Assembly (NCBI GenBank): GCA_965248265.1
Contig: CBDFJF010000002.1
Coordinates: 2,240,001 to 2,304,000 of the forward strand
Length of the DNA: 64,000 nt
Source of the DNA: Candidatus Latescibacterota bacterium
GTDB lineage: Bacteria; Latescibacterota; UBA2968; UBA8231
Reading direction: 5' to 3'
Shown: piece after piece, positions 37,026 to 47,191 of the stretch
Position numbering within the stretch: the first letter of the stretch is position 1
Layout of the letters: each line of letters opens with the position of its first letter
Position numbers and translations under genes: made by a program
Notes under the pieces: model-generated
What the model was told of the DNA's origin: nothing
Seen by the model: only the letters and a program-made list of their open reading frames with translations
The model's database searches: none

Positions 37026-38762
37026 ATGGCAAGCGATTTCACTCTATCCGCTCTGATTGACTTCCCCGACGATGCGCTGCACGGAGTCTATCACTCTGCA
37101 ACCGTGGACGCCATGATGGCCAAGCTGCGCGAAATGGGTGTCCGGCGGATCTACTGGAACTACTACGGCCCGTATGATGACGGTTTTGTGTGGCGCAAGT
37201 ATGTGCGCGAAGGCGACGAAAGTGTGGTCGAGAGCTACCGCATACTCGGTGATGTCATCGGCGCCGCCGTGCAGGCCGCCAAGAGTCATGGTCTCGAGTT
37301 TTACAGCGTGATAAAGCCCTACGAGACCGGATTCTCGATGATCTACCCCGAGGGCTCGCCCGAAGCCGCTCAATACGGCGTCTTACCGCACCTGGGCAGC
37401 AGAATCCCTCAGGTCATGAAGTTCGTCGCCGAGCACCCTGGCATGCGCATCCGGCGCCGCATGGACGACATACCGGCCGACCTGGCCACGACTCCTGTCC
37501 AGACCATCCGTCTCTTCAAGTGCGACGACCGTCCGACCCGCATCCAGAAGGAGAACCTGGAGATCTGGACGAGTGACAGGAATTACCAGTACCGGTGCAG
37601 AGAACGAGCTTTCGACTATTGTGACCAGGTGACGGACGCCTCCCGCGATTTCGCCGATATGGACGGCAACGTCTTGGCCGCCCGAGGCGCACCGGTGCGC
37701 ACCCTTACCCTTACCGGCCTGGATCTGACGGACAAATTCATCCTGGTGACGACTAATTTCGAGGAGGGCAAAGCGGACTTCGAGAATGCTGCGCTGCACA
37801 TGATCGCCGCCTATGGCCCCGATGGAAGGGAGCTGCCCATCTCGGTGGGTCACGGACTCTCCGTCTGGTGTTCCAACAAGGTCGATTTTCGAAACTGGGG
37901 CCTCGAATTCGACAACGGTCTCTCCCGCTGTGTGGTCCAACTCGATGCACCGAACAGATCCCCCAGCCGAGGCCCGTGGTCGGGTAGCAACGGCTTCGTG
38001 GCTCTCGTGCGCGGCCGGAATGAGTACTTGCCTGCGGCTGTCTGCGGCGGCTACCCGGAGGTTCGCCAATTCTGGCTGTCCCACGTCCAGGCCTGCCTGG
38101 ATGCGGGTGTCGACGGTGTCGATTTCCGGATTGAGAACCACTGCACCCATACCGACGACCCTTTCGCCTATGGCTTCAACGACGTTGTCGTTGAAGAGTA
38201 CCGCCGTCGTTACGGCGCCACCCTCTCCACGCGCGATTTCGACCTGGACAGGCTCGCCGAGATTCAGGGAGAGCACTTCGACCTGTTCCTGGACTCGGCG
38301 GTAGAGATGATTCGCGCCTGTGGGAAACAGACGCAGATCCATCTGAACGTCGAATTCCTGCGACCCGATCCGCGGCCGTCGCGTCACATCGCCTACCCCT
38401 GGAATGTCCGTTACGACTGGCGCGGGTGGCTGGCCAAAGGCTGGTTCGACGAGGCTACCTTACGGACGTATCAAGTGACCCCCGATTTTGTTCTCGAGGA
38501 AGACACTTTTTCTCGGGAAGTTGTCGCCGCCTGCCAGGACCGGGGGATTCCCCTGCATTACAACCGCTATATCAACGGGTCGCCCGAGCACTACGCCGGT
38601 GAACTCGAGCAAGTCTACCGGGATGGCCGCTGTAGCGGTTTCATCGTCTATGAGACGGCGGAGTTGGTCATGAAGCCAGACCCTCAGGGCGGCGTGACCA
38701 CGCAGGGGGGTGTTTTCGAGGCTATCCGCGACAAGGCGAGAGAGTTGGGCATCGCAAATTAG
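37026..38762 (+). CDS. Hypothetical TIM-barrel glycoside hydrolase-like protein
   Basis: GVRRIYW, AAKSHGLEFY, YPEVRQFW...GVDGVDFR, GFIVYET. Confidence 0.6.
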   Translation: MASDFTLSALIDFPDDALHGVYHSATVDAMMAKLREMGVRRIYWNYYGPYDDGFVWRKYVREGDESVVESYRILGDVIGAAVQAAKSHGLEFYSVIKPYETGFSMIYPEGSPEAAQYGVLPHLGSRIPQVMKFVAEHPGMRIRRRMDDIPADLATTPVQTIRLFKCDDRPTRIQKENLEIWTSDRNYQYRCRERAFDYCDQVTDASRDFADMDGNVLAARGAPVRTLTLTGLDLTDKFILVTTNFEEGKADFENAALHMIAAYGPDGRELPISVGHGLSVWCSNKVDFRNWGLEFDNGLSRCVVQLDAPNRSPSRGPWSGSNGFVALVRGRNEYLPAAVCGGYPEVRQFWLSHVQACLDAGVDGVDFRIENHCTHTDDPFAYGFNDVVVEEYRRRYGATLSTRDFDLDRLAEIQGEHFDLFLDSAVEMIRACGKQTQIHLNVEFLRPDPRPSRHIAYPWNVRYDWRGWLAKGWFDEATLRTYQVTPDFVLEEDTFSREVVAACQDRGIPLHYNRYINGSPEHYAGELEQVYRDGRCSGFIVYETAELVMKPDPQGGVTTQGGVFEAIRDKARELGIAN

Positions 38763-38807
38763 CCCCCTACTTCCGGGACACGGCACTAGCGCCGCCGAAA
38801 AATAGGC

Positions 38808-38838
38808 TTGACTCCGTACCTTGGTACGGAGTCATATT
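38808..38838 (+). promoter_or_regulatory. MerR-type promoter/operator
   Basis: -35 TTGACT, 19-bp spacer, -10 CATATT; perfect dyad TGACTCCGTACC-TT-GGTACGGAGTCA containing the mer operator TCCGTAC-N4-GTACGGA. Confidence 0.92.
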
Positions 38839-38857
38839 CATGTTAGAGGATGATGCG

Positions 38858-39286
38858 ATGGAACCCTTAACGATAGGCCGCCTCGCCCTTGAGGCCGACG
38901 TCAATGTCGAGACGATCCGCTACTACGAGCGCCGTGCGCTGATTGCTCAGCCTGAAAAACCCACTGACGGATACAGGCGCTATGCCCCGGACATGGTAGC
39001 TCGCCTTCGATTCATCAAGAATGCCCAGGAACTGGGGTTTTCCCTGAAAGAAGTCGCCGAGCTGCTCGAACTACGAATAGACCGCGAGACCGCGTGCGAC
39101 GATGTGAGAGAGCAAGCCGAGGCCAAGATCAGCGACGTCACCTCAAAGATTTCGGCCCTTCAGAAAATGAAAAGAGTACTCAGACAACTGGTCGAGTCAT
39201 GCGATGCCCGAGCTCCCACGGATGAATGCCCGATTCTGCACGCACTAGAAAGGGGAAAAGCAAATGGCAACGAAACGAAAGATTGA
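38858..39286 (+). CDS. merR: Hg(II)-responsive MerR-type regulator
   Basis: LTIGRLA..VNVETIRYYERR, GYRRY; three Cys in Hg-MerR positions (TAC, ESC, ECPIL). Confidence 0.88.
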   Translation: MEPLTIGRLALEADVNVETIRYYERRALIAQPEKPTDGYRRYAPDMVARLRFIKNAQELGFSLKEVAELLELRIDRETACDDVREQAEAKISDVTSKISALQKMKRVLRQLVESCDARAPTDECPILHALERGKANGNETKD

Positions 39287-39530
39287 AATCTTCAGCGCGG
39301 GCTGTGCCGTGTGTGAGGAGGCCACGGAACTGATTCGTCGGATAGCCTGTGACTCTTGTGAGATAACCGTCCTAGATATGCATGACTCGGCGGTCGCGGA
39401 GCGAGCAAGCCGTCTTGGCGTCCGTTCGGTACCAGCGGTAGCTGTGGACGGTAGCCTGGCGGGTTGTTGTGAACATCGCGGTCCCGATGAAGCCGTCCTG
39501 CGATCTGCAGGAATAGGACTCACGACTTGA
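39264..39530 (+). CDS. Small thioredoxin/glutaredoxin-like protein
   Basis: IEIFSAGCAVC, GVRSVPAVAVDG, CC pair. Confidence 0.85.
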   Translation: MATKRKIEIFSAGCAVCEEATELIRRIACDSCEITVLDMHDSAVAERASRLGVRSVPAVAVDGSLAGCCEHRGPDEAVLRSAGIGLTT

Positions 39531-39554
39531 AAGAATGAGTCGGAGGAGTTAAAT

Positions 39555-40049
39555 ATGGCGGCCGGTTGTTGCAAACTTGAAGACACTTCGGCGGCACAAT
39601 GTCCAACCTGTGGATCCAGGGCGAAATCGGTGCCCTTGACTACCGTAGAACATCTGTCGGCCCCGAAGAAACAGCTGGACGCTGGACCCTACTATATCTG
39701 CTCTACACCGAGCTGCGACGCTGTCTACTTCGCAGGCGACCAGACACTCGAAAAATGCGACCTCCGAGTACGCGTGGGCATCAAAGAAACCGAGGATCCA
39801 ATCCCTGTATGCTACTGTTTCGAGTTCACAGAAAGAACGATCCAAGACGAAGCTCGAAGGCTGGGCTTCAGCAAAATCCAGGATCAGATCAAGAAGGAGA
39901 CTCGCGACGGGGCATGCGAGTGTGAAATTAAGAATCCGGAGGGGAAATGCTGCCTGGGCAATGTGGCTACAGTCGTAAAGCGCGCATTGGCCGAACATGA
40001 CCGGAACGACGAGGTGATAGTGAGCAATGACGAAAGGACATCACAATGA
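39555..40049 (+). CDS. Cys-rich metallochaperone: CopZ-N-type Zn-binding plus BFD-like [2Fe-2S] domain
   Basis: CPTC, C.TPSCDAVYF, PVCYCF, CECEIKNPEGKCCLG. Confidence 0.82.
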   Translation: MAAGCCKLEDTSAAQCPTCGSRAKSVPLTTVEHLSAPKKQLDAGPYYICSTPSCDAVYFAGDQTLEKCDLRVRVGIKETEDPIPVCYCFEFTERTIQDEARRLGFSKIQDQIKKETRDGACECEIKNPEGKCCLGNVATVVKRALAEHDRNDEVIVSNDERTSQ

Positions 40050-40612
40050 GAGCCGAAAAATTGGGGTTCCTGTCGATTTTCCTGGCCTCCATCTGCTGCG
40101 TCGTACCCGTCAGCCTGGCGCTTCTCGGTCTGGGCGGACTGGGAGTCGGTGCGTTCATAGGAAGCAATCACTGGTACTTCGTGGGCGCGGCGGCTGTTCT
40201 GTTGACTGCCGCCTGGATCAACTTCGTGAAAGAGCGCCGCCGGTGTGCGACGGAGCGATGCGAAATGACCGGTGGAAAGATTGCGCGAGTGACTTTGCCA
40301 GCGGCCACCGTAGCCGTCATTGGATTTGCAGCGTTGAACGCCTTGTCCTATAGCGGAAGTGAGTTGCCGTCACCAACGCTGGTCTCTGACGCTCAAGCGC
40401 AGGTAGTCATCCCGGTGGAGGGCATGACGTGCTTTTCATGCACGGAACATGTCGAGCGCAGCTTGAAGGAAATCGACGGGGTAAACCACGTGACAGCAAG
40501 CGTCCCGCAGAAGTCGGTGACAGTAAAATACCGCAAGGAACTCGTGAGCATTGAACAACTGGTGCAAGCAATCAACCGCACGGGATATCAGGCGAAACTA
40601 CCAGAAGGCTAG
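40046..40612 (+). CDS. MerT-type transporter fused to a MerP/HMA domain
   Basis: ASICCVVP in TM1, three TM segments, loop C....C, C-terminal EGMTCFSC. Confidence 0.88.
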   Translation: MRAEKLGFLSIFLASICCVVPVSLALLGLGGLGVGAFIGSNHWYFVGAAAVLLTAAWINFVKERRRCATERCEMTGGKIARVTLPAATVAVIGFAALNALSYSGSELPSPTLVSDAQAQVVIPVEGMTCFSCTEHVERSLKEIDGVNHVTASVPQKSVTVKYRKELVSIEQLVQAINRTGYQAKLPEG

Positions 40613-40712
40613 CAATAGGAGACAACATTTCGCTGGATCCATTGCCGATCTTTGAATATGACTGCCACCACTACCGATGCGGAAGGTCGGCGTCTGACAT
40701 TTACTCTGATAG

Positions 40713-41066
40713 TTACTTTCGTCTCACCGCGAGCCAGTAAACCAGACCATTGCCCACTAGAACCGCCACGCCCAGACCGATCTGGATTTCTCGTGTCAGA
40801 CCCGTGGGGTACAGCATCGGGAGGATGTAGTTGCCCACGAAATCGTCCGAATAGACGGTTTCGCCAGCCAACAGGCGATATTCCTTTTCCAATGGCGTGA
40901 GGGGGCAGTACCAACCTGTCATCTCCACAAAGGCCGCCCACAGTACCGAGGGGATGTGCAGCCAGGCGATCCGGTGCCAGCGCACGACCGCCAGCACACC
41001 GAATACGACGAAAATGACAAACGTGAGGTGCAGAAGGGCGATAGCGTCCGCGATGAGTCCGAACAT
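40713..41066 (-). CDS. DUF2784-type membrane protein
   Basis: ADAIALLHLTFVIFVVFG, WLHIP, CPLTPLE..YR. Confidence 0.85.
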   Translation of the reverse strand: MFGLIADAIALLHLTFVIFVVFGVLAVVRWHRIAWLHIPSVLWAAFVEMTGWYCPLTPLEKEYRLLAGETVYSDDFVGNYILPMLYPTGLTREIQIGLGVAVLVGNGLVYWLAVRRK

Positions 41067-41124
41067 CACGCCGCTGAGATGACCGCTACGGCTGACGCGG
41101 ATTGAACAGACGCACGACACTCGC

Positions 41125-41868
41125 TCACGAGCGGCTCGGTTCGCGTAGTACAGTACGGCTGAAATCAAACGAAAGGTCTATGGTATCAATCGGCTTCCCC
41201 GACGCATCGAACTTGTAGGCAAGTTCCTTGAGAATCAAGCGCACGTTGCGCACTTCAGAATGGAGGGGATCGAACACGATGAACCCGCCGTAGTTCTCCC
41301 CCTTATAGATCACCTCATCTTCTCCGTACGTGCTCCATCGCGCGATCCCTATCCGGGTCAAAAACCGAAAATGCTCATTTCCGCTGATGCCCAATATCGA
41401 CCGGTAGTACGACTCCAGACTTTTTCGATCAGCCGCGGGGGAGACGGTATACGATTCCATACGATCTCCACGATCCGTCAGCAGGATGACCTTCAAAGGA
41501 TCCAACCGCATCTTAGAGAAAGTGTAATTGATGACCGACACATTGAACACGGTAAACCGATTCGGCACGTAACCGAAGTTCGGATCCACCCAGTCCCCAT
41601 AGGTGTAGGGATTGCTCGAGAATTCTCCTCCCTTCGACTCCTCGGGGAACATCTCGTTCAATGCCGAATCGGTCATATACTGCACATCAATCGGGGATCC
41701 CTCTAGATCGTAGGAGGCTATTCCGCCATCTCCTATGGAGTGTCCCTCCCGCTCTGACTCTTTTGGCTCGAGGACCGAACGGTACTCGGCTTTCGGCACT
41801 GTCAAGCACGCGGCCAGGGAGGTCAGGGCCATCAACATACCGAAACGCAGGGGGCGGTAGTGTATCAT
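41125..41868 (-). CDS. Hypothetical lipoprotein
   Basis: Lipobox LAAC; NPYTYGDW; start uncertain. Confidence 0.65.
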   Translation of the reverse strand: MIHYRPLRFGMLMALTSLAACLTVPKAEYRSVLEPKESEREGHSIGDGGIASYDLEGSPIDVQYMTDSALNEMFPEESKGGEFSSNPYTYGDWVDPNFGYVPNRFTVFNVSVINYTFSKMRLDPLKVILLTDRGDRMESYTVSPAADRKSLESYYRSILGISGNEHFRFLTRIGIARWSTYGEDEVIYKGENYGGFIVFDPLHSEVRNVRLILKELAYKFDASGKPIDTIDLSFDFSRTVLREPSRS

Positions 41869-42233
41869 GAGTTCCAACATCAGCGCCTGCGGGCGCAACG
41901 GCAGCTGATAGCCGAAGCCATTTCGGATGAGCTGGGCAGCTTCCTCGAAATCACCATGTTACCTGTTGGTGTTAGTAACCTGCCACCGACCGCCGGAATC
42001 TCATCACTCAAACGCCTACCGGTCAAGAAGCCCTGCGAAGTACGGATAGGCCCGATAAGAGGCCATATCGTTAGTCTATACTGGTGGAGGGGTGGTGTCG
42101 AGAGGGTTGGTGGGAGCAGCGGGTTGGGTGTTGAGAATCCCTTCGAAGCTGTCCTCCCGCAAGCATGGACAGTACGTTTTGCGTGAGGTAAGATAGCAGC
42201 CACAGCGGGGTATCCCACGAAAGGAAATCCTTC

Positions 42234-42515
42234 ATGGCGGCGGATTTCGGGGACAAACGGGAATGGTTCCGACAGAAGCGGTTCGGCCTGTTGATCCACT
42301 GGGGGATCTATGCGATTCCCGGCTGGCACGAACAGCACCAGTGGCGGGGCCGCGTGCCCTGGGACGAATACGTCAAGCTCGCGGACCGGTGGAACCCCGT
42401 TCGCTTCGATCCCGATGCCTACCTCGATTTGGCCGCGGAGGTCGGCATACAGACGGGTGAACCCGTCGAATTCGCCGTGGCGCGGACCGACCATGTCAGC
42501 ATCATGGCCCGTTGA
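42234..42515 (+). pseudogene. Alpha-L-fucosidase (GH29) N-terminal fragment
   Basis: WFRQKRFGLLIHWGIYA...NPVRFDPDAYLDLA..G then truncated. Confidence 0.85.
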
Positions 42516-42582
42516 CGGCGCGAGCCAGAGAAAACGACGTGGAGCATCTTATTGGCGACATGGGTGGGGCAACGAGGTTGAG

Positions 42583-44496
42583 ATGACAGCGCAATCGAAT
42601 GGGCAGGATGCACCGATCGTACTACCCGACGGAACGCCGTTCCCGCTGTGGGAGGACGAGACGGATTACCGCAAGGTCTACTGCGTGGACCAGCAGCATC
42701 CGGAGGCGGCGGACGACAATCCGGGCACGGAAGCGGAGCCCTTCCAGACCATTCAGGCCGCTGCCGACGTCGTCGAGCCCGGTGAGAAGGTGCTGATCAA
42801 GTCGGGCATCTACCGCGAGCTTGTGCAGCCCCGACGCGGCGGCGCGGGACCGAGGGCGATGATCAGCTACGAGGCCGCTCCGGGCGCCGAGGCCGTCATC
42901 CGCGGTTCGGAAGTGCTGAGTGCGGAGTGGACAAATTCGGAGGGCCGATCGGTGAGTGTGTGGATGGCGGAACTGCCCGCGGCGTTCTTCGAAGGGGACC
43001 ATCCCTTTGCCGTCGTCAACACCACCGACGACGACTTCGAGAACATGCGTTGGGCCCGTGGGGAGCGCGGGCTGGTTCCGCACACGTTGCCCCGGGCCAT
43101 GGTGTTCCAGGACGGCCGCCGACTGACTCAGCTCGGGACGCTCGAGGAGTTGCCCCGGGCCGCGGGGGCGTTCTGGATCGACACAGAGAACCATCGGCTG
43201 CACGTGAATCCCTTCGACCGCAGGAAACCCGGCGCGAGTGTGATGGAGGCGACGGCCCGGCAGTTCCTGTTCAATCCGATGGTGAAGGGATTGGGCTACA
43301 TCGGCATCAAGGGCTTGACCTTCGAGCATGCGGGCAACGGCTTCATTCGCTCTGGACATGGCGCCGTGACGACGTGGTGTGGCCACCACTGGATCATCGA
43401 GGACAACACTCTCTGTCACATGAACTCCACCGCCCTCGAGATCGGCGCACTCACCGAAGAAGGGCCGGGGAGTGGGGATTGGACTGAGCTTGAAAAAACG
43501 GTCGGTGACCATCTGGTAAGACGCAATCATGTCTACGATTGTGGCACCGGCGGCATTCAGGGAACCGCGGTGGCGCGCAGCCTGGTGGCTGACAATCACA
43601 TCCACGATTGCGGCTGGCAGGAAGTGGAGCACATCTGGGAGGCCGCAGGCATCAAGATCCTCCTCACGCTAAATTGTGTGGTGCAGTGCAATCACATTCA
43701 CCACTGTCATGCTTGCACGGGCATCTGGATCGATTGCGGCAATCGCAACTCGCGGGTGTCCCGCAATCTCGTGCACGACATCGCGTCGGTGAACGGGGGT
43801 ATCTTGTTCGAGGCATCGAATGTCCTCAACCTGATCGACCACAACGTCGTCTACGACATGGAAGGCGCCGCCGTTCACCTGCACGACTGCGATCGGGTAC
43901 TGGTGGCCCACAATCTGATGCTGAACTGCACCTTCGCCGCGGTTCACCTGACGAAGAACCAGGGCCGTGACCGCGTGGGCGTGTGCAAGCACAACCGCAT
44001 CGTCAACAACGTCATCGCCCGGTGTCCGGAGGGTTTCGATTACTTCGACAAGGAAAACGTGTCGGACTACAACCTCCTCTCCCGCATGGGCGGCGGTTTC
44101 GACCTGATCGGATGGCAGGCGACCGGACTGGACGCCCACAGCACGACGGCACAGCTCGACGTGGCGATCGATCCCGAGGAACAGAGCATCACCTGGTCAT
44201 CTCAATCCGAGATCCCGGCGGTGACTCGCGACGAGCTCTTGTGTCTCGACTACTTCGGGCGCCCGTATCCCGGGGACGACGTCTCGGTAGGCCCCTTCGT
44301 CGAAGGCTGGGGGCCGGTGTGCCGCCGCCTGAGACTCGTTGCGGTGGACGGTGACACACAGCACACACATGAGAGGGGAATACGGACCAAGGTAGGATCT
44401 GTCGACGGCCGGATGGAGTTGTTCGCCACTGATGGCTCAGGCCTAAGCAGGTATAACACCAACGTATGGGTGATGTGGAGGTACTGGAATGCGTAA
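42583..44496 (+). CDS. Right-handed parallel beta-helix protein (DUF1565-type N-terminus)
   Basis: DDNPGTEAEPFQTIQAAA...GIYRE; repeated NHIHD/NLVHD turns; C-terminal ~50 aa look like read-through. Confidence 0.85.
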   Translation: MTAQSNGQDAPIVLPDGTPFPLWEDETDYRKVYCVDQQHPEAADDNPGTEAEPFQTIQAAADVVEPGEKVLIKSGIYRELVQPRRGGAGPRAMISYEAAPGAEAVIRGSEVLSAEWTNSEGRSVSVWMAELPAAFFEGDHPFAVVNTTDDDFENMRWARGERGLVPHTLPRAMVFQDGRRLTQLGTLEELPRAAGAFWIDTENHRLHVNPFDRRKPGASVMEATARQFLFNPMVKGLGYIGIKGLTFEHAGNGFIRSGHGAVTTWCGHHWIIEDNTLCHMNSTALEIGALTEEGPGSGDWTELEKTVGDHLVRRNHVYDCGTGGIQGTAVARSLVADNHIHDCGWQEVEHIWEAAGIKILLTLNCVVQCNHIHHCHACTGIWIDCGNRNSRVSRNLVHDIASVNGGILFEASNVLNLIDHNVVYDMEGAAVHLHDCDRVLVAHNLMLNCTFAAVHLTKNQGRDRVGVCKHNRIVNNVIARCPEGFDYFDKENVSDYNLLSRMGGGFDLIGWQATGLDAHSTTAQLDVAIDPEEQSITWSSQSEIPAVTRDELLCLDYFGRPYPGDDVSVGPFVEGWGPVCRRLRLVAVDGDTQHTHERGIRTKVGSVDGRMELFATDGSGLSRYNTNVWVMWRYWNA

Positions 44497-45682
44497 GTTC
44501 GCCAATCGTTTTGGACGACTGGGGACCGAAACGGCTTTCAAGGTGGGGGCGGATACGGCCGCCTGGGCAGCAGAAGGTCACAAGGTCTACCCGTTTCATC
44601 TGGGAGATATAAATATTCCCACGCCACAGCATATTGTCGATGCAGCTATGGCTGGGATCAAAGCCGGGAAGACCGGCTATGCTCCCGGAGCTGGAATTGA
44701 TCCTCTTCGTCAGGCGCTGGCCGAGGACATTTCCGTCGACAGGGGCATACAGCTGGAGCCAGAGAACATCTCGGTCCAACCAGGTGGGAAGCCAATTATC
44801 GGCAAGTTTCTCAGTATGGTGTTGGAGGAGGGGTTGGGTGCGCTGTATCCCAACCCGGGATATCCCATTTACGAATCCCAGATCGACTATCTGGGTGCCA
44901 AAGCACTGCCCTACGGCTACTCACCGACAGCCGACGGCTTCGAGATCAACAGAGACGAGATCGAGGCGCAAATCGACGGGAACACCGCTGTACTGATCTT
45001 CAACAACTATCAGAATCCCATTGGAGCAGAATCCAGCGATGGGGAAATGCAGTGGCTGGCCAACCTGGCAAACGAATACGATCTATGGGTTCTGTCCGAC
45101 GAGGCCTACTTCGATATCCGCTATGGAGGTGAGAGCAAAAGTATCGCCAGCCTTCCGGGCATGGCCGAACGGACCGTAATCCTGTACACGTTTTCGAAGA
45201 AATTTGCCATGACCGGTTGGCGTTTGGGTTGCGCAGCGGGTCCCGCCGAGCTGATCGATGGGATCTCCAAACACAATGCGAATCACGAATCCTGCTCGAA
45301 TCACTTTGTCCAGATGGCTGGCATCGCTGCTCTGCAGGGGCCGGACGAACCACAGCAGGCCATCGTGGCTGAACTCCGGAGACGCAGGGACATTCTGGTC
45401 GATAGGCTGCTAGAGATCGATGGCGTGAAAGTAACAAGGCCTGAAACAACATTCTACCTGTTCCCCGATGTTACCGAGGTCTATCAGCGCAAGGGCTATC
45501 AGAATTCGGCTGAGATCAGACGAGAAGCGTTGGAGAAGACGGGAGTTTCATTCTGCTCGCGTGAGCATTTTGGCCGACCTTCGCCCGGGGAAGACAGAGT
45601 TTTCGTTCGGTTTGCGTTTAGCGGCATACCTGTTGACCAGATAGAAGAGGGCCTGGAACGGCTGGCAGCATTCTGGGAATGA
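44489..45682 (+). CDS. Class I/II PLP aminotransferase (aspartate aminotransferase-like)
   Basis: NPGYPIY, NPIG, SDEAY, FSKKFAMTGWRLG. Confidence 0.93.
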   Translation: MRKFANRFGRLGTETAFKVGADTAAWAAEGHKVYPFHLGDINIPTPQHIVDAAMAGIKAGKTGYAPGAGIDPLRQALAEDISVDRGIQLEPENISVQPGGKPIIGKFLSMVLEEGLGALYPNPGYPIYESQIDYLGAKALPYGYSPTADGFEINRDEIEAQIDGNTAVLIFNNYQNPIGAESSDGEMQWLANLANEYDLWVLSDEAYFDIRYGGESKSIASLPGMAERTVILYTFSKKFAMTGWRLGCAAGPAELIDGISKHNANHESCSNHFVQMAGIAALQGPDEPQQAIVAELRRRRDILVDRLLEIDGVKVTRPETTFYLFPDVTEVYQRKGYQNSAEIRREALEKTGVSFCSREHFGRPSPGEDRVFVRFAFSGIPVDQIEEGLERLAAFWE

Positions 45683-45842
45683 TCCCGGGAACACTCAAGC
45701 TCACCCACCCACATCATCCCTGGGATTGAGCCGTGGAGGGGAACTTGCCCGAAATGCTCGAGCAATGGATGATTCACAGAGTGACTCGGGGGGGTGATTA
45801 CCACAGCGGGACGCTGGTCACCGACCCGCGCTCGGCGGCACA

Positions 45843-45940
45843 CATGAGCGCGTCTTCGGAGTATCCGACAGGGACTGGCCCCTGTATGATGTGAAGCACG
45901 GCCGCCAAGCCATCGGCTACCATCCAGAGGGCAAGTCCAT
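45843..45940 (+). pseudogene. C-terminal shard of an NAD-dependent epimerase/uronate dehydrogenase-like protein
   Basis: VFGVSDRDWPLYDVKHGRQAIGYHP. Confidence 0.5.
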
Positions 45941-45978
45941 CGTGCCCCTGGACAAGCGGGAAAAAGCACTTTCCCGAT

Positions 45979-46707
45979 TTAAACCTTCGGTTGCTCGAGG
46001 ACAACCTGGACACCAAGACCCCAGAACTGCTCTCTGACATCGGGCGAATAGGTGCGGAAACACACCCCGACGCCCGTGCCTTCGAGTGACCTGACGGCGT
46101 ACTCCACGCAGTCATCGACCGATTTCAAACCGTGATTGGGATGAGAATCGAGACTGAGGGCGAGATCGGTTGGACCGAACGAGACGCAATCCACTCCCGG
46201 CCTGACCAGTTTGTGGACATTCTGTACGGCGTCGACGGACTCGACCTGGATCCACAGCACGCCGAAGGAATTCCAGAAAGCGGTGTACTCGCTGAAATCT
46301 CCGTGCTCCTTCTCTTCTCGCCGGTGACGCCCGCCGACACTGCGGTAGCCGTCCTGCGGATAGTAGAAATACTTCACGGCCTCATCGACCGTCGACTCCA
46401 ACTCTACCTGAGGAACCTCGATCCCGCATGGGCCGAGGTCGAGGTAGTTGCCGACCAGGTAGGTGAGGAAGGTGTGCTTGATGCGGAAGTTGACGAACAC
46501 GTCGGCCTCAGCGGCCATGTCGCAAAAGGCGGCCAGCGTCTCCTCATTGAGAGGAGAATGCTGACCGTCGACGGAGACGAAGTCGTAGTCGTCAGAAGAC
46601 AGGATCCGGTCGAAGCGGTCCTTGCCCGTGTTCATCGGCATGCCCACGCCGACGAGCCTGTCCCCATCGTGATACCGCTTCTTCAAACCGATTGCCGAAT
46701 CGAACAC
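45979..46707 (-). CDS. HpcH/HpaI aldolase/citrate lyase family
   Basis: VDGQHS, LDLGPCGIEVPQV, IQVES, FGPTDL; GTG start after AAGGAGG. Confidence 0.85.
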   Translation of the reverse strand: MFDSAIGLKKRYHDGDRLVGVGMPMNTGKDRFDRILSSDDYDFVSVDGQHSPLNEETLAAFCDMAAEADVFVNFRIKHTFLTYLVGNYLDLGPCGIEVPQVELESTVDEAVKYFYYPQDGYRSVGGRHRREEKEHGDFSEYTAFWNSFGVLWIQVESVDAVQNVHKLVRPGVDCVSFGPTDLALSLDSHPNHGLKSVDDCVEYAVRSLEGTGVGVCFRTYSPDVREQFWGLGVQVVLEQPKV

Positions 46708-46974
46708 AACGCCCTCCTTCAGGTTTTCAAGATCCTCACAGGGTAACACGCTTGCCCGTCCGTGTCGATTCGGCGACCACGCCGACCGGCCAGACACTGT
46801 TGCGTCCCCATCTCTCGCTGCCAGCTGCCACTGCGCCCGCTGGCGCTGATCGGAGGACGCTACCCACGCCCCATCCTTCACCGCACCACGATCAACGCAT
46901 AAGCACGGCTCTCAACGCCCTCAAAAATTCTCAAACGCCGCTTGACCGACTCACGATGTAATGCCGTTTATAAC

Positions 46975-47190
46975 CACTACACATTCAACAGCAGCACGGT
47001 TGGCGCTATGCATTGAACTCGGCAACCGCGGCACGTTCCTCAGGGTCGCAGGGCAGCGGGACAATACACAATCAACTGGGACGGGACCGACGACGACGGT
47101 CATTCGCTCGCGACCGGTGTCTACATTGCCCGCCTGACAGCAGGTGGTGCGGTGGTGACCAGGAAGCCCACGGAAGATAGATTCAACTGA
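46975..47190 (+). pseudogene. Degraded FlgD-Ig/T9SS-type C-terminal domain shard
   Basis: NWDGTDDDGHSLATGVYIARL...TRK. Confidence 0.65.
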
Positions 47191-47191
47191 T

